Positions 12,104 through 28,500 are shown, counted from the first letter of the stretch. The stretch: DNA of 64,000 bases from Eledone cirrhosa (GCA_964016885.1 OZ024740.1:289168001-289232000); one strand, 5' to 3'. A program made the numbers and translations. The notes: generated by a model from the sequence alone, not told the origin.

Positions 12104-14828
12104 CAGTGTTTGAATCTATACTAGTAATTAGAGCTGCTTATTGTGATCACTTTGGGGTTAGAGTCTTTTCAATAATAACCTTAAGCAAATATAGAGTTTG
12201 TAACCTAATTTGGGTAGTAAACTCAAACAATTAACTGGTTAAACATTACCTGAACTTAGGATATTTTTGGTAAGTCCACTCTGTTGCAAGCATTTGGACT
12301 GGGTCACTTATTTGAGGATACCTTCCTCACTCAATCCCACCTGTTTTGGAAGCTCTAAAAAGGGCCATGGGTACTTCCTTTCCCTCTCGGAGAAACAAGT
12401 AAAAAAACACAACAAACTAATTTTGATAACCAGCTGATAACATTAACCATCATTATAAGAAACTTCCAGTATCCCAACTTATCAACAATTAAAGAAAATT
12501 GTGATTATTTTCCTCACATAGACATTTTCATTATGTTGGTTAGTCCTAGTTCTGCCTTGATCGAGACATTCCAGCTATGATGATCCTGTCTTTTTATTTT
12601 AAAATATAACTTTTTTTACAATTGCATTATCCAACCTGTCCTTCCTCTTTCTTTGAGAATGATTTGGGTGTTATTTCTTGTAGATCAAGTGACTATGTAG
12701 AAGGTCCTTTATCATTAATATGAGGACAGTGAATAGCAGAATCAGTAGGGGAATTGTGGTATTCAGTTACATCCCGAATTCAAATTGCACTGCCATAATT
12801 GCTTGATGGGGTAGGAGTACACATTATGATAAATATAAATCAAGAAATGGAGTAGATTTAATAGTCTGTATGGACCTATACACCGGACGGAATTGTAAGG
12901 GTGCCATAGTGATATGGCGATCCTTTGACATTTTAAACCTCATGGATCCCAACCCTCTTAAAGTCCAAACACAGCTGATTTCTCCAAAAGAAGGAGACAG
13001 AGTGACTGAACTGGTACTTTTTTTTTTATCTACCTTGAAAAGTTAAAAGTCAAAGCTGACCTTGGAACTCAGAGTAGGGAGCTAGAATGAGTATCGCAAA
13101 ATATATCCAATGTTCTAAAGACTGCCAAATCGACTGCCTTTACATTTAATATACTCTGTTTCTAATTAGCGGTTTTGTGTCTATATTATTTATTTATTTT
13201 ATATCATGAGAGTTACTCAGGACCAAAAAATACCTGTCAAAAAGACGGATGAATCCAACATAAATGCAATGACTATCTCACAAGTGTGTGTTTGCCTTCT
13301 GTCATTTCCAATGATGAGTGCTCTAGTTGATTCAATCAATGGAACTAACTACCTGCTCATGAAATTAATGTGTAAGTGGCTGAGCATTCCACAAATACAT
13401 GCACCCTTAATGTAGTTCTCTAGGAGATCCAGTGTGACATGAGACAAGGCTGGCTTCATGAATTACAGGTCTCAACTCATTTTGGCCAACTGAGTGTACT
13501 GAAGCAACATGAAATAAAGTGTCTTGCTCAAAGACACAAAGTACTGCCCAATTAGGGAATTGAACTCCTGACCTTACAATCATAAGCCTAGCATCCTAGC
13601 TACTACACCACTATCTTCACAAGCAAAGAAATAGTTGAGATGGTGAACAAGCATGCTGTAAGACCACTTTGGGAGTATAAAGATACTAGGATGTTAAAAC
13701 TGAGTATTGTTCTGTTTCTGATCCTTGTCCCAAACAATATTGGGCCACTGAGAGGAATGCTGCTTTAGCTGAAAAGTGAATATAGTTTTGTGCATGCTTC
13801 ATCATCATTGTTTAATATCTGTTTCACTGCAAGCATAATCAATTTCTTAGAACCACAAATGGAGAACAAACCTAAGAATGAGGGTATCATGCACCTGTGA
13901 TGAAACAGCACCATTTCCATAGTTTCCTCATCCAGGAGAACAATGGTAGATGTAGCATAGACGCCAGTAGTCACATTTCTCCAGTCACCTGCACCTTCAA
14001 TTGCTACAGCATTTTACCCTTTTATGACTTATTTCTAATATAATACACTCAATAAATTTGAGGGACTGATTAAAATTACAAATTATTTAATTACTAGGAT
14101 AGTAACTTATGTTTCTTATATAAAAATACATTGGAAGATTTTAATATAAGAACCCTATAAAATGGATGAATTTGTTTCACAGAATCAGAGCTGATTTTGT
14201 CTGGGTTAGTATCAAAAGGGTTACTCAGACATGAGTTGACTGCCATCGCTGGTGACATACAATGGTATATCACTGGTTCACTGTATTTCTAAAGGCGGGA
14301 GTGTTTGTCTAATTCAGTACAAAGCAAATACCAACAGGAGAATTCATTTAAAAAAATACATTTTGTTTTTCTCATTTATGTTTATATCCTTTGCCTAAAA
14401 TGTACATATACATACATGGATGTAGGTATGTGTGTATACATATATATATATATATGTAAAAATATGGTTCTGCTATGAGCAGAGTATGGCACAGCTAATT
14501 GGTCAGACTTGTCTTATAACTGGACTTTCCTAGTTCCACACTGTAAAAACTCAGCCTAAATGTGATCCCATTATGAGCAAGGTATGGTGTGGCCAACTGG
14601 TCAGGCCTGTCTCATAACGGCACCACTCAGTTCCACATTGTAAATGTGGTTGGTGTTAGGAAAGGCATCCAGCTGTAAAAAACCCAGCCAAATACAGTTC
14701 TGTTTAAGCAAGATATGGCGCAGCCAACTGGCTAAACTTGTAACATAACGTGGACCCATCCAACTTATGCAAGCATGGAAAAATAGTTGTTAAACAGTGA
14801 TGATGATGAAATGTATATATATAATATA

Positions 14829-15008
14829 TACAAGGGTCTGCTGAAAGGTTCCTAGGTTGATTATGAAATCTTGCATGCATTAATTTCAACTCTTCTTATT
14901 AACAACTGCATTGTTTCTTTCCAGGGACTATGTTGAAAAATAAACCTCATTTGGTCATTCCAAGAGAATATCTTGGTCAGCCTATGAACCTTTCAGCCAA
15001 CACTTGCA
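14829..15008. mobile_element. Mariner-type MITE, second copy
   Basis: Shares the interior ttgtttctttccagggactatgttgaaaaataaacctcatttggtcattcca with 11902-12103. Confidence 0.7.
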
Positions 15009-18000
15009 TATATATATATGTACATATGCATGAGTGTTTGTATATACATATATATATATATTTACACACAAGTTTCCAGAGTTTCTGCCTCAGAAATTTC
15101 ACTCATAAGGCATTGGTCAATTCAAGGCAAAAGTGTCATGAAGTAGGATCAAACTTAGAACAAGGTTGCAAACTTCTTAATCAGTCATATTATTAACTAA
15201 TTGTCGATGATAGAATCAGTAGAACACCAGGAAAAATGTAGGCATTCTTTTACTGGTTTCAGTCATTAGAATATGGTTATGCTGGGCCATTGGCTTAAAG
15301 GGATTTAGTCAATTATACTATTTTGACCCTCTGCCAGTTGCAGACTGCGCATCAACACGAGATATTTTTCTCCACAAAGTTCGATCACCAACAGCAGAGA
15401 TCAAGTCCAGTCAATAAGTTGACATTATCAAGCCATTGTTTTGGCTGCCAGCCTCTGCTTCTCTTACCAGTCAACCTTCTTTCCAGGCAGAACCTACTCA
15501 CACCACAAGTTGATCTTTTTATATGACCATATAGTTTGAGTACTCTTGACTTGACAATTGATGTAATTGGTCTGAGCCTGGTAATGTTGAGCAGCTCACT
15601 GATACAGATATGGTCACTGAGCCGCTTGTCTCATGATGTACTTATTTTATCAGGCCTGGTACTTATTTTCTTTAACTAATAAGTTACAGGACATAACCAG
15701 GTACGGACACATATATATATCCTATTAATATTATAGGAATTCCTCCTGTTAGAAACCTGGAAGCTTCCAGTTATACATGCACAATGACAATCAAAATGAG
15801 CAAAACTGGATAAATAATACAAGTGCATCTGTGTGAGACAGTATGTACATAAGTTAAAAGAGGAAGGAAATCTGTACGTATGTGAGTGGTTGGGAATAAC
15901 TGAAAAAAACAGCAGCCGGGCATTTTTTTTTCTAGTATGCATCACAACTTGGATGTCAACAGACACAATCCACTATTTTCTGAAATCAAGTCAATATTCT
16001 AGCAGGAGTTGACCAATGCCTTGTGAGTAGAATTTGCTAGATGGTAACTGCAGATGCTCATTGTATGTATGTGTGGCCGTGTCTGTTTATGTTCTGTAAC
16101 TTAGGTGGTTGAATATACTTGTTTTTTCATTTGGTATAAGCATGAGCCTAACAACACTTTTTAATTGTTGTCTTCCTTTCTACCTCTCTATATTATATAG
16201 ATGTACCTATATCTGCTTATCCATCTCTCTCTCTCTCTAATTATTTATACATACTTCTATGTAAAGTTACAAGACGAATATACTATCTGTAAGGTAGTGA
16301 GTTTGTGTGCTAATATATATATATATATATATATATATAGGTGCACACTCTGCGGAGTGGGGAGACTTGGGATGAGGTGATAAAAGCCGACGATACCCAA
16401 TTGCACCTCTCAAAGGCAATGACACAGGACTAGGATCTCTGGTGTTACAGTTATACAGAAGACCTGGTTTTTGATGGGCACAGGCCGAATCTGAAGCATA
16501 TATATAGTATGCACTACCCCACCCTACCCACGAGGACAAGCTGAAGCATGCATCCAGCCCACACTGTAAAGTGGTCATGTAGGTATCACGACAAAAAACA
16601 CCCAGTACTCATTGTAAAGAAGTAGAAACCAAGCCCAAATCAGTTCTGTATGAGCAAGACATGGCTTTGCTCACAACAGGATAATTCATCTAACCCATGA
16701 CAGCATGGAAAAATGAACGTTAAACTGTGATGATGATATATATATATGATGGGTTTCCCGTTTCCAACTACCAAATTTCACTCACAAAGCAGTAATCAAC
16801 CCAAGACTGTAGAAGACACTTGCCTAAGGTAGTGTTTGAGCTTGGAACGCAAAGCATCTGCCAATCTACCACCGTCGACTGTTATTTTATTGAATCTGAG
16901 GATTTAAGACAAATTAAGCCTCAGTAGGGTTTGAACAGAATGCAGAGTTGAAACAAATTTTACAAGGTATTCTATTTGATGGCCTAACTTCTCTGACAAT
17001 TTGCGTAATTGGATCAATTCAACTGACTAAACCACTTCATTAAAACATTGTAGCCTTGTGCCACTATGGTAAATTATGGGCAGGGCTATGACAAAAACAA
17101 TAGAGCATCAGACTAATGTTTAGTCATACTTAGTTGTCTCTTGTAGTTATGAGTTCAAATTAAACTTTTCATTCAGCTATTGTTTAGTCTCATGTCAACA
17201 TCCAAACACAAGAACATGACAGCTTATTTTCAGACAATCCAGGATCATATTAAAAAAAAAAAAAAATGGTAAGGTATGGTTTGAAGTGAATTCGACAGCT
17301 ATTTCTAACAGGTCAAGCAACCATGTAGAATCTCTCCAGTATAGCTGATAGCAGTATACTGGGCAGTCAGTTCAATCAGGTACACTCTTAACATTGTGCT
17401 GTTCACACTTCCTATGTTGTCTTGATTTTTTTGGCATGAAACAGGTTTTCTCCCTACCTAAATTACATACCAACACCTGGATGGTTTGGGTATAAGGTAT
17501 TAAATGGTCCATTGCACCTCAGATTTATATAAAACTAGTTTCTCTCAACAAATGATTTAAACAATTTCTTTTTAAAATAGTTGGTCCAAAACAAAATCTG
17601 CCTACATTTCTCACTTACCTATCCAATGGTTTCAGCTCTCTGTATAAAATCAACTTTCATGTAGATTTAACAAAAAAAAAAATCTCAACCGATCCTTGTT
17701 GAAGTTGGAATGTAGGTAGGAAGACTGTCAAACTGCTACCTCTTCATTTAGCTGGGTCCCATCCTTACTTGTTCAATAGCAGAATAAATTCTGCTGACAT
17801 GCAAACTGCACGTCAGTTGCTTACATCCTGATACAATATTGTATGCTTGTAGTTGTGAGAGATGGCGAGTAGAGGATAGGGAACCGAGTGAAAATTATGG
17901 ATAGGTTCTATACGACAGGGCTTAAAGCACAAGAAAAAAAGAGACCTGCAGTGACATCTATAGTTAGTTGCTCTGTATATAAGATGATAAGGCTGATCCT

Positions 18001-21000
18001 GAAGGTAGGACACTCAGTAATTTAATACTATATAAATCGGAGTTCTGCCTGCACCCATTGTAGGCAGTCTGATTGGCTAAATTTGTCTCCTACACACACT
18101 CAGAAACTTGGCTAGTTACACTACATAAGATATTGTAGGCACCTATGGGAGGTAGTTAAGTTGTACCGATTGATTCATGTAGTGAAATACTGAATAAGAG
18201 AAGCTGTGTGGTTGAGGGTAAGTGGAAGCAGATGTATTGCTAAAGCTATGTTGTCAACAGAGGGACTGAGAAGCAGCAAGGTGGAGGAGGGAGAATTATA
18301 TAAATATAACAGGCAGCTAGAAAACTGTTGTGTAATTATAGATGAAGCTACCAAAGCTAGAATGTAAATAGCACCAAAACCTTATAGTGATGGCATAGTA
18401 GAAGCTAAAATGAGAATACACCTTCACTACAGGGTGGAGATAGAGAAAGACTATTTACTGAGGTGAGAGGTCAAGCAATTGCCAAATCAATTTGATTGGA
18501 CTGATCTGAAAGAGTACTTCAATTTTACTCTATAGTGACTTATGTGAAAAATGAGACAAGCAATCCCAAATATTTCATCTCTACCCACCTACTCACACAC
18601 CAGCAATATAATTAGGTAAGGTAGCTGAGTAGGTAAGGTATTGGGACTACTTGCACATAAGTGTGGAGTTTTAACTGCTGCTGTTTGTTTCTAGACAAAA
18701 CACTTTATTCTACATTACTTTAGTTCATTATGCTATGAGAAATATGTATCAGATATGGAAATGTTGCCTGTGATGGTTCTTCCCTTGCCTACGACACTAT
18801 TCTCTTATTACAGTAGTCAAATACAGGTACTAGTTGACTAGCATCCTATCCATGGGGGAGATTTCTCATCACTGTATCCATTATTCCAGTTTACTTGCAG
18901 AACATCAGATGGTGTGCTTTTGAAGCCATTCATGTATTGAGGTACCTACATATTTTTAAAACTTATTAGCAATCAGCACCACATTTATGATTCAGGAAGG
19001 GCAGGGCATAATACCTATAGCCTTTCCATCTTCTCTAGCAACCATGCAATTGTGGAAAGTTAATGCTCAGTTTAAATTTAACAATGGGATATCGAGCCAT
19101 GGCTGGACGAGTTGGTCAAAGTACTTAATAGTTTAGAGGAGCAAGAGAGCAGAACAGATGAGCAATACATTTGTTGATGAGATAGAAGAATTGGATATAG
19201 TCGAATGAAGTTTTTATCAGTAGCTAATTTCTTTAAAATTCTACAAAGAGTTGGAAGGACTCCAGTTGTGTCAAAGACCTGACCTGACAATCTCCCTAGT
19301 GTACATTATCTACACAAATAATGCACCCAGTATACTATGTAAAATGGTTGATGATAGGAAGGGCACCTAGCCATAGAAAACTTGTCAAAAAAGAAAAAAA
19401 AGAGAGACAGGAGAACTCATCAACTGTCAAAAACCACGTTCCTAGTGTTGGTGCTAAGATAAAATGCACTTGGTAGTGCACAGGAACGTATCTAAGTGAG
19501 ATGCAGTCATCCAGCCCATCTGAGAAGTCAGTGGCTTTGCTTGAATACTGACATGGTTTATGAAGACGCTTCCAACCCTTGTTAGCAGGGAAGATGGAAC
19601 ATTAAATGACGATTCCAGTAATTGGTGTATCAGGTTAGCAATTATTTAGTAGTTTTTCATGAACCATGAAAGATTTCCATTGTCATGTTTTGGTTCATCA
19701 CCAGAGATTGTAAGGATTTACACTGTATTAATGGTTAGTAAAAGATGTTAAATGATATGGCTGTGTTTTGGTAGTATTATCAAAGTCAGTGACAGTTTAC
19801 AATTTTACCAAAGTTGTGTAGTTCAGACTATAAATACAGCAATAAAAAAAATATATTCTATAACAAATATTAAGTAGTACTCAAAAGGTTTTATTAAATG
19901 TATGTTAATTTAAATTAACATTTCCATTCAATATCCTAATAAAACATGGCCATACAAAAGAATGTGATGAATTGATTAAGAATATTTATTAAACGCATAA
20001 AAATAAAATAAATCCTTGGTGAGTACTACTTAATATTGGTTTCAGAATGTTTCTACTTGACCCACACAACTTTAGTAAACTACATCAACTGAATCCAGAA
20101 CTGTCAAATTTACTATAATCTTGGGTTGACCAATACTTCGAGTGTAATTTTGTAGATGGAAACCATGCAGGAGTATGTCATATATATTATACACACAATC
20201 AGAGAGAAAACTGGGGCTTTGCAATAATCTCTGGCAATATTTGTTCTGCATGAAGTTACAGACACTTCAGCAAAATGCAGCTAACCAGTAAATTGCCTAT
20301 TAGCAACCTATAACTAATGACATTACTCAAGTCCTCAAATACTGCCAGGCAATGTCATATGACAAATGGGAGAGTTGAACAGTTTGGATAGACAGGTAGG
20401 GCAGAGCATGAGCTCTGTTACAAAAGATCCACAAAGTATGGCAGCCACATAGCACTTCTTCAGAATGGAAGGACAATTTGCTATCTTTTACATGATGGAA
20501 TAGTGAGTGGAGAGGGAGTTAGAAAGTTTTAAATTAACTGTGCCCACTAAATTATCATTATCATCTATTCAAATTACTTGCTAAATAGTTAAGTGGACAG
20601 CCATAATTGTACAATTACTACTAGAAGTGAGTGTTTGTTCCTATGCAACACTAAGTTTCATTCTAGCAACACTCATGAAACTTGAGTGGAAACCTATGAG
20701 AACTATTTGAACATGAAATCTTCAGTTGAGACACCATGGGGAATTTATTCACAAGAGCACCCTCCCCTGTTATGTTTCGATAGCTGTAAAGCAGCAATAA
20801 AATGGAATAGTATCATGGTGTGTAAAGCACAGGAGTAACGTGTGCCTCATTTCCAACATGAAACAGCTCCTGCTAACCAGATTGACTTGTAAACAATTAT
20901 GAGTCAAGTCTTTGCAATAAATGACATTGTTAAACTGCAGACTGGTAGAAACAGGAGTCTTCAGCAGTGTCAAGTGTGTGGACAGGCAATGTGGGGTGGG

Positions 21001-21639
21001 ATGGAGGTCAGTCAACAAGTGCTGATCACATCAAGATTTCCTGCTCACACAGCAGTAAGAACATGTTGAGAGATGATATAATTCAGATACACACACACAT
21101 AGATGAGAGTGGAAATATTTATACAGATGGTGGCATTAGGGACATTTAAGTGTTTAAATAAAATAGTAATGGCAGTAACAGCTAGCATCCTTAACCCCCA
21201 AAGAGAGGTACAAGGAGAAAGATATAGAAAAGCAGTGGCAACTAATTAAACTTTCAAATTAAAAGGCAAAATTAATAAGCCAGGAAGGAACTGCTAACTT
21301 CATCCTTGTTTTTTTAAAGAGGAAGAAAAGAAAAAGGAAGCAACACTTCACTGTTAAAACTGTTGTAGGGCATCAAATCATGTTAACAGTCATATTCTAT
21401 TCTTATGTTGCTGTTTAATATTTCAAGTGTAATTCAGTTGAAGTCTGATCGGAGTAGAGAGGGGAAAAATATTCTACAACTGATTTTCTCGTTTTTAAAA
21501 TACAGAGAAAAGTCTACAACCAAAATGAAAGTGTAGGGTAATGGTATTCTGGTCTCAGGGTGCTACCAACTGCCCAGTATAGGAATATAATGTAGATTGT
21601 GTGCTAAAACGTAATTAGAGCAGCAGCAGTAGCAACGGG

Positions 21640-23812
21640 GCTTTTATTTTCTAGTGACAAGAGTTTAACAGGAAGTTATAAGATGGTACTTGAAAAACCA
21701 AACACATGCAACATAAAAATCAACAACCTGCCATATTACACACCTGCACTCAATTAGATTTAAAATTGATTACAATAATTAAAAATGGTTTTCATCAAAG
21801 AGATTAAAATAAAATAAATTTCTTAAATGGAAAAAAAAAGGCAGTTTAGAAAGTAATGTGGCAGGTGAAGATTTTAGGAATTGAAGCTATATAGAACAGA
21901 TGTGAAACAACACACCACAGAACAAAGTTGACCGAAAGCAAGAAGCATCTGTACAGAAGGAGTAGTGACAATGCTTGACATCTTGTCAGATTTATTTCAC
22001 ATGACATTGTTATTTTTTTGCCAATCATATACAAAATGTGAACTTAATTTTGTTTTGTTGGTTTTTTTATTATTCAATATCAATATAAATTTCTCATAGC
22101 GAGCAGTGACAACAAATACAATATTGTCAGAAAACTTCCCACATGGAAACAACATCGTAAAATTACACCAAAAAAATTCTTTGACTTATTTGTCAGTGAT
22201 TCCAGTATTAATTTCCACAATCAAATTGTCAGTCAGGAAATTAATAACTTTCAACATTTCCCCAAATAACCATCAGGCAGCAACCATTATAAGAAATAGT
22301 TGTCACCTCAGGAAATATTGAAAAAGAAAAAAAAAATTAAAAAAGAAAAAAGATGAAAGGGGGCTAGAAGAAAAGACAAAGAGCACAGAAGTACTGAGGA
22401 AGAGGGTGGGGAAAGGAAATTAATGGATAACTCAAACAACCATACAACTGGTTAGACAGTATTGGTCATTTTAATCTAAAATTTTATAAGAAAAAGTAAT
22501 CAGTTATTTTGGATACAGTTTGGTTTCCTTCAAATGACAATGATGAATGTTTGTAATGTGACTTTTCCTTTTTCTCCACTTCTTGCTCGGTTAGAAGCAA
22601 GGCCAAGTAGCATATCCTTGATATTGCAGCTCTTCTCACCTGTAGTGGTCTCGAAAAGAGAATGTAAGTCGAAATGAAAAGCAGAATGTGCTAGGACGAG
22701 GTTAATAGACTAAAACTGACTTAAAGAAATTTGCAAGTGAATAAGATGAAAAGCTGACTTATGACGACAACAACAAGGAGAAAAACTAAATATCCAGTTT
22801 TCACCAAGTAAAAAAATAAAAAAATTGCCAAAAATGGTAATCCCCACAAGTTGGGAAATGGTAACAAAATGATGCTGCTCGCATCATAAAAGAGAAAAAA
22901 CATTCAAAGTAATTTAGGGGAAATCTAGTCAGCCATGCCCATCTAGTGTTTTAATGCTGTACATCATGTTTTCAATTTCCAAAAGTTCTAAACAAGTGTG
23001 AAACACCCATGTGTCCATCAGCACGTTAAAATGGTCAAGAGCCTGCAAGTTGTTTAAAGGTTCATAAAACAAGCTTTGGACTTTCCTTATATTCTTACTA
23101 ATAATATAACTAGAAATTACTACAGTTTAGAGTAAAAAAAAAAGAAACACCTTCCTGCCTACGAATGAAATAAACAATAATTTGCTTATATCTAAATGCT
23201 GCAATGAATTGTTAACTTAGTCTCTAGCTAACAAGTGTCAATGCAGTGTCTACATCAGGGTCACAAAAAAAGAAAAAAACAAAAAAAAAAACACCTAAAA
23301 AGCTCCAGAATAAAATCTAGTTGACTAAACCATGTTTTATATTGTTTTGTCTGTCTCCTGTCTTTGAAGAAGATAAAAAGTAAAAGAAAAGGTTAAAAAA
23401 AATACAATGCCACTTAATTTACAGTTATCTTTATTTGAATGAGATCTGATGGACCAGCATGGAAAAAGATAGCAAAGAGATTGGCTTGGCTGGAAGGCAG
23501 AAATTTTTTTTACATCTTTGAAGGAAAGGAAAAATGAATTTGATATAGTGGAGTCTACAGAACTAGGTCAGAGAAAGTAGTCAGATGGGATAGGGAGATA
23601 ATTGGTGATCTTACAGCACCACTACCGGGAAGAGATAACTGTACAGACCATCCCAGGTACATCTTTTAATTGAATGTGCGACTAAATACAGGACCTTGAG
23701 CTGTACACATACAGAAATGAGAGATGCCAGGATGAAACTGCAGTGTGAATAAACTTTAATTTGCTTGTAATAATAATAATATAATAATAATTATAATAAT
23801 AATTCACCAGTT
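21640..23812 (-). other. CaM: Probable long calmodulin 3'UTR
   Basis: No recognisable TEs, U-rich on the minus strand, directly after the TAG; minus-strand AATAAA near 23430, 22067 and 21643; true end unknown. Confidence 0.5.
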
Positions 23813-25143
<1,331 letters not shown>

Positions 25144-25146
<3 letters not shown>

Positions 25147-25402
25147 GTCGGAATGTCGTGATATGCTGAGGTGAGGATGGTATGTGAGAAAGAGCAGGTA
25201 GCGATGGGTAAAGCAAGCTAGCAGAATTAGACAAGATCTAAAGCAACAATAAAGCAGCTGTAGCTCTCTAGTCAACTAAAATCAATGGAAACAGCAGCAG
25301 CTGTAAATCAATAACAACCAGATGGGAATCGAACTGTCATTCAGCAGTACAGATCTCACTCAACTGACACTGTCATCACCAACTGCAGATAGGGGAACTA
25401 CT
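25144..25402 (-). other. CaM: Calmodulin proximal first exon (5'UTR ending in the initiator ATG)
   Basis: ccgacATG|gtaagg at 25146-25138, 122 nt upstream of the exon 2 acceptor; start inferred from the TATA/Inr pair. Confidence 0.7.
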
Positions 25403-25560
25403 GAATATATAAATGTACACACGCGGCTATATATTTGAGGGGCATGTGGCAGGGAGGCAGAAAGGGCATGTGGTAGGGAGGCAGAAGGGGCCAGTCAAAG
25501 ACGCGTGCGCACGCACACTGGTGCAGCGGTGAAACGTCGGTGACGCAGTGTGTCGGCTGC
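25395..25560 (-). promoter_or_regulatory. Calmodulin proximal core promoter (TATA box + initiator)
   Basis: TATATAG begins at 25433, 31 nt upstream of the A (25402) of a TCAGT initiator; 24-bp tandem duplication at 25440-25486; GTGCGCACGC and TGACGC motifs at 25505-25546; locally GC/CpG-rich. Confidence 0.6.
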
Positions 25561-28500
25561 TGTGATTATGCTAAGAGCATTAGATCGAATTAGATGCTGC
25601 AGTAATGAAGCAACAAGAGAGGAGAGGGGGGGGGGGGGATGGGAGAGAAAGAAAGAAAGAGAGAGAGAGAGAGAAGCGGAAGGGAAAAATTAGATCATTG
25701 CGACAAGTGTTGAACCAGAATTGAACCAATAATCCATACGATATCAGCAACCATCACCGGCACCTCCCCGTTAAGGTAATTGTGAGCAGTGCGACGTGAT
25801 CCGGCAGTAAGTGCAGTAAATAACAGGTAGGTGTAAGAGCAGCTGGAGAGAGGATGAGGAAGAGGAGATATTAACATATGTTAATGTGGTCAACACTATG
25901 TGTGTGTGTGTGCAGTACCAGTGTCACACGCAAAAAGTAATAAAATGACGAAACTTGGCAAGTCACTTAAACTAGGACAAAACTAGAAAACCATTAAATA
26001 TTTCACAGCTGCCCCCCCCCCCATCTTCTGACATGAGGGGAGACAATACACACAGAAAGGCCAGTAGCTAGCTTCTCCACCAACACAATTATACTCGAGT
26101 TAAGGCGCCAAAATACGAGCCCTCCCTGCCAATGTGTGAAACCAGAAAGAAAACCAGATAAAATATGGCCAGCCTGCAGTCATTAGTGACCACTTGAAAT
26201 GAGCACGACTGACCGACATTAAAAGTGATAGTGAGGGAGAGATTTGAAACCGGCTATTTAACTACTTGTTAAGTAGTCTTCTAATTAAAATTTCTGCTAA
26301 CATGCAACCGTCGCTTAAGTGTAAGAAGAGTGGTGGTGCACAAAATCATAAAGTGTTCATTAATTACACCTCACAGAAATCGACATCCAAAGAGGCAACA
26401 TCTACGCGGTCGCTTAGTTTGCTAGAAAAAACAGCGACATCCCTCTAAAAAATTAGAAGGTATACTTAAGCTTGAAAAAATAAAAATCGAGATGGTCATG
26501 GACGGAATGGAATGCCTTTTATCAGAAAAAGCTATACAAAGACTGACCTAGGATCAAGAGACATCCTATAGATTTATTATATATAACCATAAATAAGCAG
26601 TAGTAAAAACAGACCCAATATATTTTGGCATTTTTTTCTTCTTAAAGACGGAGAAAACCGCCATCATTATCATGTGAAACGCTGAAGTCGTGACTTTCAA
26701 CAATTGAAATTTTAATAGAGTATACAACAGCATAGAATCAGAAACCTTCCTACAACATTACTACTATCACCACACGCAAACCACTACGACAAACCTCTTA
26801 CACACAGCAGAGAATTATCTTAATACGTCATCTACTGATGACTTAGAATTATATATATATATATATATATATATTCACACACACACATTATATATATATT
26901 CACACACACACATACCATGAAGTAACTAGCTGTAATGTGTGTATAGGGAAGTTCAAACATTCCTGAGAAAGTTAAGAATGAAAGAGTCGCCTATGTATGT
27001 ATAGTCGATGTAAAAGAAAAAGGAGGGAAAACCAGTGGAAAGCTACAGTTAACATTCATTCCATGATGTAACCACAAATGAATTAAATACAATTAAATTA
27101 CACACACACTATATATATACATATACAGACACAGAGTATTAGGCTTAAATTGATAAGTACTGGGGGTCGATAAACTAAAAAGCATGGCCAGTCCAATGAC
27201 AACCAGTATATATATATATATATATATATTATTGGTCCTCCGTCGTTTCCGATAACGAATGCTCCAGTCGATTCAATCAACGGATCTGCCTGCTCGTGAT
27301 TTTAACAGGTAAGTATAGTGGCTGAACATTCCAGACACGCGAACCCTTAACGTAGTTCTCAGGAAGATTCAGTGACACGGTGTATATATATATGTACACA
27401 TACGCATTTGACGCTGAACAATAGATTCAATAGCACATATAGTGTAAAATTGATTTATGGGAAGCAAGTTTTCCCAAGGATCCTTCATATAAAATTTGTT
27501 AGGCACACATGGCCGAGCAGAATTTAATTTTGACATCAAAATCAAAATGAAATATATACATTTTATTTCCCGAAATGCTAAATCCATATTTAAGTTGATT
27601 AGAAGGAATTTCGTTCCAAAATTCTAAAAAACTAAACTAAATTTATCGAAAATGTAAAATTTCCATTTAATAACCTGCACTTTAAGACCACACATAAATA
27701 TAAATTGTTAATTTTGGACATTATATATAAATATATTTTTTCAGGCATTTTTCAGTTATGCATGAGATGTTACTTATATCGAGAGTAAAGGACATTTTCG
27801 GGTGGATTTATGAGGTTGACGTATTTTTATAAAATCTGTCAAATTCTACAAAGAGGCGGAGACATTTAGTAGGTATCTAACCATACAGTAATAGGTCTAC
27901 TAGCTGTCAAGTATATGAAACTATTCCAACTAAAATCCCAAACCCAGCAAAATTCCTTTAATTGTCGAGAAATTATTACCAGTGCCAGGTGGTCTAATTC
28001 CCTATTACATACACATACAGATCGTCGACAATTTGCTTACAATTAACATTTTTCATGTCAAACATATTTTTGTAGCCTTTTTATCCGTCAACGCTTATCA
28101 AATTTTCATATACCACGCAATCAACTCCTAGCGACTACAACTAGACATACACATGTGACTAATATATACCTACACACCCTATACATACAGCCAAGTGCTA
28201 CACGAACCAATGAGAGAGAGAGAGCCCATTCCATGGTTTTTCGAGCGGCTAGAAATAGTAGCCAAGACACCAAAATTACAGTCTCACTGTTTAAAATAAT
28301 GACAAATTGGATAATGTAGTCCCACATGGCAGTAAAATACGAGATGGTCACGACTGGAATGTCTTTAGCCATAGGATCGTTAGTGTGATCAGATTTGACC
28401 TGGGGCTAAGCAACAACAATGAAGTGCTACATAACCGGCTTTATAACGTCTATTGCAACTCATACAAGAAACAAGATCAAACCCGTCGATCTCCATTATC

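Noticed and set aside
9250-16740. Recurring short motifs (cactgtaaagtgg, cccagtacac, aacccatgctagc) suggesting a CRISPR-like array
   Set aside because: Irregular spacing, both orientations, eukaryotic context and no cas genes; these are dispersed copies of one SINE family
19082-19180. Protein-like stretch QWDIEPWLDELVKVLNSLEEQESRTDEQYIC on the plus strand
   Set aside because: Bounded by in-frame stops with no convincing splice sites or recognisable homology
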